Position numbers and translations under genes: made by a program
Shown here: positions 39,025 to 51,412 of the stretch, one piece after another
Layout: every line of letters begins with the position of its first letter
Numbering within the stretch: the first letter of the stretch is position 1
The notes under the pieces: generated by a model
The model's input: only the letters and a program-made list of their open reading frames with translations
The model's database searches: none
What the model was told of the DNA's origin: nothing
DNA from: Squalus acanthias
Taxonomy: Eukaryota
DNA length: 64,000 nucleotides
NCBI GenBank assembly: GCA_030390025.1
Contig: CM059433.1
Coordinates: 24,864,001-24,928,000, forward strand
Direction of reading: 5' to 3'

Positions 39025-40801
39025 ATAATGGGGAACAAAGAAATGGCAGATCAATTGAACAAGTACTTTGGTTCGGTGTTTACTGTGGAGGACACAAACA
39101 ACCTTCCGGAAATAAAAGAGATCAAAGGATCTGGTAAGAGGGAGGAGCTGAGGGAAATCCTTATCAGTCGGGAAAAGGTGTTGGGGAAATTGACGGGACT
39201 GAAGGCTGATAAATCCCCAGGGCCTGATGGTCTGCATCCCAGAGTACTTAAGGAGGTGGCCTTGGAAATAGTGGATGCATTGACGATCATTTTCCAACAT
39301 TCCTTAGACTCTGGATCAGTTCCGAAGGAGTGGAGGGTGGCTAATGTAACCCCTCTTTTTAAAAAAGGAGGGAGGGAGAAAGCAGGGAATTATAGACCGG
39401 TCAGCCTGACATCGGTGGTGGGTAAAATGATGGAATCAATTATTAAAGATGTCATAACAGACCATTTGGAAAGTGGCGACATGATCGGTCCAAGTCAGCA
39501 TGGATTTGTGAAAGGGAAATCATGCTTGACAAATCTTCTGGAATTTTTTGAGGATGTTGCCAATAGGGTGGACGGGGGGGAACCAGTAGATGTGGTGTAT
39601 TTGGACTTTCAGAAGGCCTTCGACAAGGTCTCACACAAGAGATTGGTGTGCAAAGTTAAAGCACATGGGATTGGGGGTAATGTGTTGACATGGATTGAGA
39701 ACTGGTTGGCACACAGGAAACAAAGAGTAGGAGTAAATGGGTACTTTTCAGAATGGCAGGCAGTGACCAGCGGGGTACCGCAGGGTTCGGTGCTGGGGCC
39801 CCAGCTGTTTACATTATATATTAATGATTTGGACGAAGGGATTAATTGTAATATCTCCAAATTTGCGGATGACACTAAATTGGGAGGCAGTGTGAACAAT
39901 GAGGAGGATGCTAGGAGGCTACAGAGTGACTTGGACAGGTTGGGTGAATGGGCAAATGTATGGCAGATGAAGTACAATGTGGATAAATGTGAGGTTATCC
40001 ACTTTGGTGGTAAAAATAGGGAGGCAGACTATTACCTGAATGGTGGCAGATTAGGGAAAGGGGAGGTGCAACGAGACCTGGGCGTCATGGTACATCAGTC
40101 ACTGAAGGTGGGAAGGCAAGTGCAGCAGGCAGTCAAGAAAGCAAATGGCATGATGGCCTTCATAGCAAGGGGATTTGAGTACAGGAGTAGGGAGGTGATG
40201 CTACAGTTGTACAGGGCCTTGGTGAGGCCACACCTGGAGTATTGTGTGCAGTTTTGGTCTCCTAACTTGAGGAAGGACATTCTTGCTATTGAGGGAGTGC
40301 AACGAAGGTTCACTAGATTGATTCCTGGGATGGCCAGACTGACATATCAAGAAAGACTGGATCAACTGAACTTGTATCCTCTGGAGTTCAGAAGAATGAG
40401 GGGGGATCTTATAGAGACGTTTAAAATCCTGACTGGTTTAGACAAATTAGATGCGGGCAGAATGTTTCCAATGTTAGGGAAAACTAAAACCAGGGGTCAC
40501 AGTCTAAGGATAAAGGGGAAGCCATTTAAGACTGAGATGAGGAGGAACTTCTTCACCCAGAGAGTGGTGAATCTGTGGAATTCTCTACCACAGAAGGTTG
40601 TTGGGGCCAGTTCGCTAAATATATTCAAAAGGGAGTTAGATATAATACTCACAACTAGGGGGATCAAGGGGTATGGCGAGAAAGCAGGAATGGGGTACTG
40701 AGGTAGCATGTTCAGCCATGAACGCATTGAATGGCGGTGCAGGCTCGAAGGACCGAATGGTCTACTCCTGCACCTATTTTCTATGTTTCTATGTTTCTAT
40801 G
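39025..40801 (+). mobile_element. Young 5'-truncated CR1 with uninterrupted RT ORF (39028-40701, 557 aa)
   Basis: All RT motifs in one frame to the natural stop; (tttctatg)n tail. Confidence 0.95.
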
Positions 40802-41063
40802 AAACTCGGTGCGAAAGTGTTGTAGCTCTGTCTCCAACCTGCACTCCGTCAAGCATAGACTCCCACTGGGAATGCAAGATCACTGAATTCACCCTGTAAT
40901 GAAGAATTTAAGCATGGAAGAGTGGCTGAAACATTTAGCACTCCTGTGAAAATTATTTTGATGTCATTGAACTTACACAAAGTGCATCACATCTATTAGA
41001 AAGGGAAGTGTCCTGATGAATGAGAAAAGAGCATTGTGCCAACAAATAAGGAGGATTGAAGTA

Positions 41064-41475
41064 AACATAGAATCTAGGAGCAGGAGTAGGCCATTCAGCC
41101 CGTCGAGCCTGCTCCACCATTCAATACGATCATGGCTGATCATCCAAATCCAGTACACTGTCCCTGCTTTAATCCCCACAGTACACACATCCCACCCTAC
41201 CCCTGTAACCCCACGTATTTAATTCCCCCTAACATATCCCCATATATTTAATCCCCCCCTAACACTAAGGGTCAATTTTTTTTTTATCATAGCCAAATCA
41301 ACCTAACCCGCACATTTTTGGACTGTGGGAGGGAACCGGAGCACCCGGATGAAACCCACGCAGACACGGGGAGAATGTGCAAACTCCACACAGACAGTCA
41401 CCCAAGGTCAGATTCGAACCCGGGTCCCTGGCGCTGTGAGGCACCAGTGCTAACCACTATGCCACCGTGTTGCCC
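41064..41475 (-). mobile_element. tRNA-derived V-SINE (HE1-like) with CR1-derived 3' tail
   Basis: Minus strand: A box tggcatagtgg, B box ggttcgaatc, V-domain gggtttcatccgggtgctccggttccctcccacagtcc, then a CR1 3' UTR tail like 34670-34770. Confidence 0.85.
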
Positions 41476-42599
41476 GTGTGGACATTGTAACTATAGTAAC
41501 ACAAGGTCTTCAAATACTGTGACACACACACACACACACTAATACATATGTACTAGTGTACATGAAAGTTGAAAGCAATGGTAGAGGAACATTAACATCT
41601 TGAGGCAGCAGAGATGCCATTGACTTACTAAACCGTATTACAAAGCGAACAGCATGCCGCACAGTAGCTTTAGCTATTTCAAGTTGGCGTTTGGCAGAGG
41701 ATGCTGGATTCTGCAAAGGAGTTATGGAATGCCTGATAACTTATACAAGTTACTAAAAGAGCTTTACAAGTGTCATAGAATTTGGTGAGGGATTCATATT
41801 ATTGCCATTATTTCATCTCATGCCAAAGCCTGCCATCCAAATGGAGCTTGAGGCTGTCAGAAGACAATACAGTAGGTGCCAAGAAAGGGATCACAACTGC
41901 AGAGAGGTTTGAGTTAAAGATCAGTGTCCAGCAAGAACAGGAGAGTTTAAAATTCGATAGTCCTTGCGACACGATTGTGCTGCAACTCTGCTGGGAGCGA
42001 AGTGGTAGGGCTGGAAAACAGGCTTGGTCCCAGCCTGTGCTGCAGTATCTACAGGGGCTTGCAAGGGGTGTCATGTCTGTCTGCGTCAGAAGGGGCTGGG
42101 CTGGGGACTCCCTATACTGGGAGTTCCTGGATCCTGCGCCTCACAGGGACCCGGTGTAACTTTGGAGGTTGGTATACCAAGGGAGAAGAGGTGTACAGGG
42201 CGGCTTTTGAAGGGCGGATGTGGGGACCACCATGGGGGTGCAGGCCAGGGAAGTTATCTGGACCCCTGAAAGTGAAATTGGTCAATTGTTATGTTTATCT
42301 TGGTGGCATTATTAATGATGTAGGAACTGCATTGCTGATGGCAGAAAGAAAAATTTTGGTACTGGTAATCTTTAGCAGACTTCTAAACACGGCATATTTT
42401 TCTTTTAAAAAAGCAAAGATAAGTGGTACAAATAACTGCTACAATTTATTCTGGCAGATGGACTAAGCTGCAGAAACACTATAATTGAGAAGCAATTGAG
42501 GAACACTGTAATCAGAACCCATTACTTTGACTTTGAACAGTAAGTGTAGAGAAAGGATTAAAATGGTTCTGATTTGCACGCTAAAAAAATGACTTGTTT

Positions 42600-43585
42600 T
42601 CATGATGACTTGGGTATACAGGGCATAATTTCAAAGTTTGCAGATGATACGAAACTCAGAAATGTAGTAAACAGTGAGGCACATCGTCACAGACTTCAGG
42701 AGGACAGAGACAGGCTGGTGAAATGGACGGACACATGGCAGATGAAATTTAACGCAGAGAAGTGTGAAGTGATACATTTTGGTAGGAAGAATGAGGAGAG
42801 GCAATAGAAACTAAAGGGTACAATTTTAAAGGAACAGAGACACCTGGGGGGGGGGGGGGGGTGGTGTATACAAATCATTGAAGGTGGCAGGACAAGTTGA
42901 GAAGGCTGTTTAAAAATTAAGCATATGGGATCCTGGGCTTTATTGATAGAGGCATACAGCACAAAAGCAAGGAAATGATGCTAAACCTTTATAAAACACT
43001 GGTTAGGCCTCAGCTGGAGTATTGTGTCCAGTTCTGGGCACCACAGTTTAGGAAGGACATCAAGACTTTGGAGAGAGTGCAGAAGAGATTTATTAGAATG
43101 GTACCAGGGATGAGGGACTTTAGTTATGTGGAGAGACTGGAGAAGCTGGGGTTGTTTTCTTTAGAGCAGTGAAGGTTAAGAAGAGATTTGATAGAGGCAT
43201 TCAAAATCATGAATAGTTTTGATAGAGTTAAACAAGGAGAAACTGTTTCCAGTGCTTGAAGGGTCGGTAACCAGAAGACTCAGATTTAAGGTGATTCGCA
43301 AAAGAACTGGAGTTGACATGAGGAAACATTTTTTTTTACACAGCGAGTTGCGATCTGGGTGGGGTGGTGGTGGAAGCAGATTCAATAATAACTTTCAAAA
43401 GAGAATTGGATAAATACTTGAAGGGAAAAATTTTGTAGGGCTATGTGGAAAGAGCAGGGGAGTGGGATTAATTGGATAGCTCTGCCAAAGAGCCAGCACA
43501 GGCACGATGAGCTGAATGGCCTCCTTCTGTGCTATATCATTCTATCTGATATCTTTTATCAATTGTATGATTGTAGGATTCTATG
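42600..43585 (+). mobile_element. CR1 3' fragment
   Basis: SKFADDTKL, WQMKFNAEKCEVIHFG, LVRPQLEYCVQFW; 3' UTR tail. Confidence 0.9.
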
Positions 43586-44973
43586 AAACGGAATCCTTTG
43601 GCAACAGCAAGAGCATTCGCAAAGGTTGGTGATTCTTCATCAGCATCATCATCAGTCTCTTCTTATTTCATACTTTCACAAAGGTAAATTTCAACCCCTT
43701 GGACGACTGTAGTTTAGAAAGTGTTACCAGAATGATGTATGTTAGTTCAGAGATACTTCCTCAACTGGCAGTTATGAACCATGCAAGCTGGAAAGTAGTA
43801 GAGGAAGGTACAGAATGAATTACATGAACGAGGACATGTCAGTGAGGTAAATCATTTAGGAATGGCAATTGTGTTGGCAAAGGATAGTGACCCTTCATCT
43901 AGTGTCATCATTGGTCCTTGATGAATGAGGTGAGAGAGAGGCAGAGGTTGGGGCACTGGAGCTGTTTGCACAAAATGTATAATATTTCTTGTCAATTAGA
44001 TTTTTGCATTTGTAGAAAAAGAAGACATTAGTAAGCTAGCATAGTTTATATTATGTGATGTTTTGAGCTGATAAAAGATCCCCCACCCCTGAAAACTGGT
44101 GTACACACAATGCAAGAAAAGCTGCCAATAGGTAACTGCCCTAAACAAAACTGGTTGATTAGTTTTGAAATAAATTCCTAGGATTTGTTGATCCCAAGTA
44201 AGTAGAAACAGCTTATTTTTGTTGACCACTTTTTATGGCTGGTTTAATGATGAGATAGAGAACTCTCTCATTTTCTTTCTCATCTGCTCTCTCTCCACCC
44301 CCTCTCTTTCTCCCAATATAATCTTCATCCATCCATCCATCAAGAAGAGACTGATGATGACGCCGATGAAGAATCACCAACTTTTGCCAACGTTCTTGCT
44401 GTTGCCAAAGGATTCCATTTCATCATGAAAACCTATGCCATTTGGACACTACAACCTCTCAGAAGATATGTCTACAAAGGCTTTTGTCTCTTGCTAATAC
44501 AAACTTATTACATGTTGAAAACGAATCTATTATATAGGGCTTCATGAGCATAATGTTAGTGGCGATCATCCTGTTCTTCTAAATTTGGATCTCTTTTCTT
44601 TGATTACTTATCCCCATTTATAATATCTGGCTTTTCTTTGTTGAGTATCTCCATTGTGTAGTTTTTCATGTTGGTTTGGGGAGGTTTTGAACCATTATGA
44701 AGGCTGATATTGAATATGTTTGCTTTCTTGTTGGGATAATGTCTTTACATCCTGTCTGTCCTTTATTCAACATAAGATGTGATATTTTGGAGACTTCTTT
44801 TAACTATGATGTGGGATAATGCCACAGTACCTACTAAAAAGGATTTGTAACCAACATACAGCATACCTCTGATCTTTACTGTTATCACCAATACTGTTGT
44901 CACCAACACTTGAGAGAAGAAAACTAATGAGAAAATTAATTTCTAATTTATTTAACCTATATTAATCATATAG

Positions 44974-45129
44974 GCCCACATTAATGAAACAGCCAAGCCT
45001 TTGGCCTTCACATTTGTGCCAACTGTTAGAAGACTTCCTGTTCACATTCAGATAATCGATACCACCAGATTCTCACCCCAGCCTGGAAAACAGCAAAACC
45101 CTGGAGCCAATTCTTCAGTGATGAATGAG
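44974..45129 (+). CDS. MLIP: MLIP coding exon (exon-2 equivalent), 52 aa
   Basis: AHINETAKPLAFTFVPTVRRLPVHIQIIDTTRFS... matches recalled human MLIP EAKPLIFTFVPTVRRLPTHTQLADTSKF; acceptor tatag|, donor gag|GTAACG; 156 nt, phase 0/0. Confidence 0.9.
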
Positions 45130-46107
45130 GTAACGTCATCATTTTCAACATTGATGCAATTTTTTTCACTAACAGATCTTTTTATTAAATAATTTGAGAA
45201 GAATGACTTCCGACACCAGTAGGAAACAAACTCGGCACAGTACTAATACGCATTGTTTAGTACTGTCCTCTCAACATTGACAACAATGAATATATATTCA
45301 ATGCAAGTTTGTCTCGATGCTTCAGTACCCTTGTTGGCTTGATGTATGTTAATGAAAATCCTATCAGACACTACACTTAGTGGCTACTTTTTTCCAAAAT
45401 AAATACTTAACTGCATCTCACCATTTTTTAAATGTTGAAAAGCCTACACATCACAGGATGCTCTGTTACTATTATTGCATTATGTTCTCAGATGAGCTGT
45501 TGATGTGACCTTTCACTAGGAAAAGTGCTCAAACACTAATGGCTGCAACACACACCGTTCCCAGGAATCTTCTATATTTACAAATGGTCTTTTTATATGA
45601 TAGACTAACAAAGTTTTATGTATGAGTCAGATTTCATATTAAACCTGTAATGCAGTTATTTATAATGCTCAGTCTGGCAACTGGGAATAAAGCTAAATAT
45701 TCCCACAGTTGGCAAATCTGTCAGTCACATGAGAATTTAATCTTGCATGTTTTCATCTTCCAGCATTCTTAAACTACTGCTTCTCACCCTGACACAGTTT
45801 GCATTTCCATTTCCATCCCTGAGACTATCTACTTAATGATAATCTTTCCAAGACTGAAAGAAAGACTTGCATTTATATAGCGCCTTTCACGACCACCGGA
45901 CGTCTCAAAGCGCTTTACAGCCAATGAAGTACTTTTGAAGTGGAGTCACTGTTGTAATGTTGACTGCTTGATACTAACAGTAGCTTTTAGTGTTCCGTGG
46001 AACCAACTTCATTTGTTTCCTGACTGCCCCCACCACCCCCGCCCCCCCACAACCATCTCTGAGATAACTACAATCTTGAGGCCAGCTAGACTATCCTTTA
46101 AGACATT

Positions 46108-46405
46108 GGCCCAGAATTTGCTGGAGCGGAACATCTCACGGCATGCCCTGTTAGTTATACTTGTTGCTGCACCCTTCAGCTCAAAAATATTTTGCCCACA
46201 AAGTTGCTGGAAGTGCGAGTTGATAATGGCGCAGCGAGAGCAACAAGGGCATTTGGGACCTTGGTGAACAGTGGGACAAACAGTGTTTCTCTTTAACCAA
46301 TGAGATTTAAGGATTGAGAAATAAGCAGAGGAAGGACTGAGAAGGAGGGTGAATTAAAGGGGGCGAATTCAATGTCAAATCAGGTACAGAAAGAGAGTAA
46401 AGAAA
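46108..46405 (-). mobile_element. Harbinger-like family D partial copy
   Basis: Starts ggcccagaatttgctggagcgg; reverse complement of ~8930-9229. Confidence 0.7.
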
Positions 46406-46735
46406 GATGTATAATATTGGCACTTCAGAAGCTGATGACCTACTCAAGACAGCAAGATAGCTCTTTGTTCCCCACGGCTACCTATTACAAAGCTCCCCGT
46501 GACTGTGTGCAGTGATTTTCTGCTATTGCATTCCCTCCTCTGACTGTGGACCTATGTAATGGATGCAGTTTGCGACTTTTAACCATGCTTATTTCTGCTT
46601 TTGGCAGCAGACACTGATGCAGTTAAAAATCTCACATCTGGGATTTGCCGAATTTTGAGAGCTCCATTAATTATTGTATGTAGCTACGTGTAATGTTCAT
46701 GGAAAATGGCCCAGTTCTCTGAATGCAGACACATT

Positions 46736-47243
46736 GGCCCAGAATTTGCTGGAGCGGGATATCTCGCAGCAAGCACTGTGAGATTAACTTTTTCCTTACT
46801 CTTCAGCTCCAACTATTTTTGCGCCGCAAATTGCTGGAAGTACGAGTTGATAAGGGGTCAACGGGGCATCTGGGACCAATAGTTGATCTCTTAACTAATG
46901 AAATTTAAGGATAGAGAAAGAAACAGAATGAATGACAGAGAAGGAAAGAGGGTGAATTACAGTCAAAATAGTTACAGAAAGAGAAATAAAGAAAAGTAAA
47001 GACTGGATTAAGACAGAGCGAAAAAAGAGGTAGAAGAGGAAAAGTACTGTTTTTTAAATTTTAAATATTAGCTTATAAAAATCCTCTAGGAACGATTTAC
47101 TACCAGCAGGAGTGAGACTCCACAGTTTCATTGTTCCTATTCTGGGTCTTTAAGGTTGAGTGGCATGTCAGGACCATAAATCACGTCATTAACAGTGTCC
47201 TTATGCCGTGAAATAGCAGCCCTAACTTTCTGCAACGAGTTTA
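46736..47243 (-). mobile_element. Harbinger-like family D partial copy
   Basis: Starts ggcccagaatttgctggagcgg; reverse complement of ~8700-9229; truncated by a CR1. Confidence 0.7.
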
Positions 47244-50090
47244 TAGAATCATAGAAATCATGGAAACTTACAGCACAGAAGCAGGCCATTCATCCCATCA
47301 TGCCTGTGCTGGCTCTTTGAAAGAGCAGTCGTGCTTAGTCCCAAATCCTCGCCTTTTGTCCGTAACCCTGTAAGTTTCTCATCCTCAAGTACCAGTTCAA
47401 CTCCCTTTTAAAATTATTTATGGAATCAGCTTCCACTACCTTTTCAGGTACAGCATTCCAGATCACAACAATTCTGAGTGAAAACATTTCTCCTCATCTT
47501 CCCTCTAGATCTTTTATTCAATGATTTTGAATCTATGACCTCTAGTTATTGACCCACTCACCAAAGGGAATAGTTTTACTCTATCTACTCTACCAAAACT
47601 GCTCATCATCTTGAAAATCTCTATTAGGTCACCCCTTAACCTTCTCTGTTCCAAAGAGAACAGTCCATCATCCCTGGTAACCCTTCTCTGTACCCTTTCT
47701 AAGGCCATTACATAGGAACATAGGAACAGGTGTAGGCCATTCAGCCCCTCGAGCCTGCTCCGCCATTCAATGAGATCATGGCTGATCTGCGACCTAATTC
47801 CATTTACCCGCCTTTGGCCCATATCCCTTAATACCTTTGGTTAACAGAAAGCTATCAATCTTCGATTTAAAATTAACAGTTGATCTAGCATCAATTGCTG
47901 TTTGCGAAAGAGAGTTCCAAACTTCTACCACCCTTTGTGTTTAGAACTGTTTCCTAATTTTACTCCTGAAAGGTCTGGCTCTAATTTTTAGACTATGCCC
48001 CCTAATCCTAGAATCCCCAACCAGTGGAAATAGTTTCTCTCTATCACCCTATCTGTTCCCCTTAATATCTTGAAAACTTAGATCAGATCACCCCTTAACC
48101 TTCTAAATTCTAGGGAATACAACCTTAATTTGTGTAATTGCTTCTTGTAACTTAACCCTTGTAGTCCAGGTATTCTGGTAAACCTCCAAGGCCAGTATAT
48201 CCTTCCTAAGGTGTGGTGCCCAGAACTGCTCACTGTGAGGTGTAGTCTAACCAGGATTTTGTATAGCTGCAGCATAACTTCTACCCTCTTGTATTCCAGT
48301 CCTCTAGATATAAAGGCCAGCATTCCATTAGCCTTTTTGATTATTTTCTTTACCTGTTCATGACATTTTAATGATCTATGTACCTGGACCCCCAAGTCTC
48401 TTTGGACCTCCACAGTTTTTAGCCTTTCACCATTCAGAAAGTACCCTGTTCTATCCTTTTTAGGTCCAAAGTGGATGACCTCATATTTGCCTACATTGAA
48501 ATCCATTTGCCACAGTTTTGCTCATTCACTTAATCTGTCGATATAAGAACATAAGAACATAAGAAATAGGAGCAGGAGTAGGCCAATCGGCCCCTCGAGC
48601 CTGCTCCGCCATTCAATAAGATCATGGCTGATCTGATCCTAACCGCCAATCTACTATCACAGAACCATCTCCTGCATCTAACAGAATTGCACACACGAAA
48701 TAGGAGCAGAATCAGGCTACACGGTCCCTGGGCCCGCTCCACTACCCACAGGGCCATGACCGATCCGAACCTAGACTCATGTCCAAATTCCTGCCCGCTC
48801 CCCGTAACCCTTAATGCCCTTTACTTCTAGGAAACTGTCTATTTCTGTTTTAAATTTATTTAATGATGTAGCTTCTACAGCTTTTTGTGGCAGCATATTC
48901 CATGGACCTACCACCCTCTGAGTGAAGTAGTTCCTCCTCATCTCAGTTTTGAAAGATATCCCTTTGTAATTTCATGCTTCCATCTACACTGCCTACAATT
49001 CCACCTATCTTTGTGTCATCGGCAAATTTGGATATATGACTTTCTATGCCATCATCTAAGTCGTTAATAAATACTGTGAATAGTTGATTTATAGTATACA
49101 GTCTTGCCATATTAGTCCTCCCAAAGTGCATCACTTCACATTTCTCTGCCAATTCCATATCCATACTGTCACTTTCCCATTAATTCCATGGGCTTCCATC
49201 TTCTTAACAAGCCTCCTGTGTGGCACTTTGTTGAATGCCTTCTGAAAGTCCATATACACAACATCTGCTGCACTACCTTGATCCACCTTCTCTGTTAACG
49301 CAAAGAATTCAATCATGTTATTCAGACACCATGCTGGCTCTCCTTGATTAACCCATGCCTCTCCAAATGAAGGTTTATTTTGTCCCTGATAATGGTTTCC
49401 AATAATTTCCCCACCACCAATGTTAGGCTGACTGGCCTGTACTTTCACCCCTTTCTTGAATAGTGGTATAACATTATCAAGCCTCCAGTCCACCAGAACT
49501 ACTCCTGTATTCAATGAGGATTGAAAGATTGTGACCAATGCCTCTGCTATTTCTACCGTTGCTTCTTTTAGCAACCTAGGATGTATTCCATCCGGACCAG
49601 GTGACTTACCAACTTTCAATAATGCTAATCTTTTTAGTACGCCTTCTCTATCTATTACTATCCTGTCCATAACTTTCCTCTCCTCTTTTAGTGTAACCTT
49701 CACATTATTCGCTTCCTTTCTGAAGGCAGATGCAAAGTACCCATTTAATACTTTATCCATATCCTCTGCCTCTAGATGAAGATTTCCCTTTGGATCCTTA
49801 ATAGGCCCAACTTTTTCCCTAGCAAACCTCTTACACTTTGTTTATAAAATGTTTCAGGATTCAATTTAATGTTACCTGCTAATCTTTTCTCATAACCTCT
49901 CTTTTCCTCCTGTACTTTCCATAATATTCCTGGTTATTAACTGAATCTTGCTGCTGACATTGGTCATAAGCCTCCTTTTTCTGTTGTATTGGAACTTTTA
50001 TTTCCTTTATTATCCAGGGTGCGTTAGCTTTGGATACTCTACCTTTTCCCTTCAAAGGAATATGCCAAGTTTGTGCCTGAACTATCTCGT
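47244..50090 (-). mobile_element. Cluster of nested CR1 fragments of several subfamilies
   Basis: Repeated CR1 3' tails at ~47244, ~47709, ~48546, ~48690 and RT pieces ([24 protein letters not shown]). Confidence 0.85.
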
Positions 50091-50206
50091 CCATTTAATT
50101 TGTATTTTTTATGCATTAGTAATGGTGTGCGTGGTGAACTCATTGCGTAATAAATATTATCATTTGTAACTGGGGAAAAAAAACTTGTTGAAAATTTTTC
50201 TTGCAG

Positions 50207-50614
50207 CCTTTGCATATCACCGAAGAAATCCCCTCTGCAGATGTTACAACGAACAATACCATTGGTCGAGGAGCTCCAAGGCAACACACGGAGATCAGGC
50301 AAAGCTGGTTGAATAATGAGGGAGGATATGTGTCTGCCAAAGAGGCTGCATCGCTGCAGGGGATTTTCAAAGCCGAGCTTGTGTTCTTAACAGATTCAGA
50401 TGGAACAGACAGTGATTGTTGCTCTAAAGAAAATGGAGCAGAAGCCAACCTTTCAGCAAAAACATTAACTTTGTCAAGTTTGTCTCCAAATCCTTTTGCT
50501 GATGACAAGAGCAGCTCTGTTCGAGCAAAAGCAGTAGTGGGTGAATCAAAAGTCCCCTTGTCACAAGATGCTGAGCAGAATGTGGATGGGGCTTTGCAAG
50601 AACCACTGTTTCAG
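50207..50614 (+). CDS. MLIP: MLIP coding exon (exon-3 equivalent), 136 aa
   Basis: Acceptor tttttcttgcag|; GIFKAELVFLTDSDG and SAKTLTLSSL match recalled human DLFKAEYVLIVDSEG and RPKSLAISSS; 408 nt, phase 0/0; the 3' boundary assumes a GC donor cag|GCAAGA. Confidence 0.8.
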
Positions 50615-50945
50615 GCAAGAGAAACATTTTTATTCACTCTTGTTCAATTACTTTCTTTCTTTAAAAGGGAATCTGATGTTAAAGTGCTTTATTCCAGAAC
50701 AGACAATTTTAACCTAAAACCTGTGAATCAGCAGAAAAGCTCTCACTGACTTCAAGTGAAGGATTCACACATTACATCCTTTAATGTTAGGAAGATTAAT
50801 AAGAAAAATAAAGTCTTTATTGAAAATAGGTGGGACTAACTACTGCCCTGCCATAAACAGTGCAGCGTTAATGGACATTAATTGGGTACAGCTTACAATG
50901 TTAATGGCCATTATTTAGGAACTGTGCAAGGTGTTAATGGACATT

Positions 50946-51412
50946 AGCAAAATACTGCAGATGCTGGAAATCTGAAACAACAACAGAAAATGCTGGAAAC
51001 ACTCAGCAGGTCAGGCAGCATCATAGAGAGTGAAACAGAGTTAACGTTTCAAGTCGATGACCCTTCGTCAGAACTGGAAAAAGTTGGAGAAGTAACAGAT
51101 TTTTGAGCAAGTGTCGGGGCAGGGAAAGGGAGGAGGGGAGGAGGGGAGGAAAGAACAAAGGGAAGGTCTGTGATAGGATGGAAGGCAGGAGAGATTAAAA
51201 GACAAAAGGGATGATGGTGCAAGGCAAAGGGAGATGGTAATGGGACAAATTAAGAAACAAAAGATGACTCTTGATGAGGTGTAAATGGCAATGGCAGAAT
51301 CATCAACAGCTGCCAGGTGAGAAAAAAAATAAAAGGGGCCGAGGTTATAGTCTGAAATTGTTGAACTCGATCCTGGACTCAACATCGAGTTCCACAATTT
51401 CAGACTATAACC
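50946..51412 (-). mobile_element. Penelope-like element terminal fragment with inverted duplication
   Basis: Homologous to 60630-61025; ends in a 29-bp fold-back. Confidence 0.75.

Noticed and set aside
39028..40701. Intact 557-aa RT as a domesticated gene
   Set aside because: Retains the CR1 3' UTR and microsatellite tail; intactness is explained by recent insertion.
41400..41475. tRNA-like A/B boxes
   Set aside because: Head of a V-SINE, not a tRNA gene.
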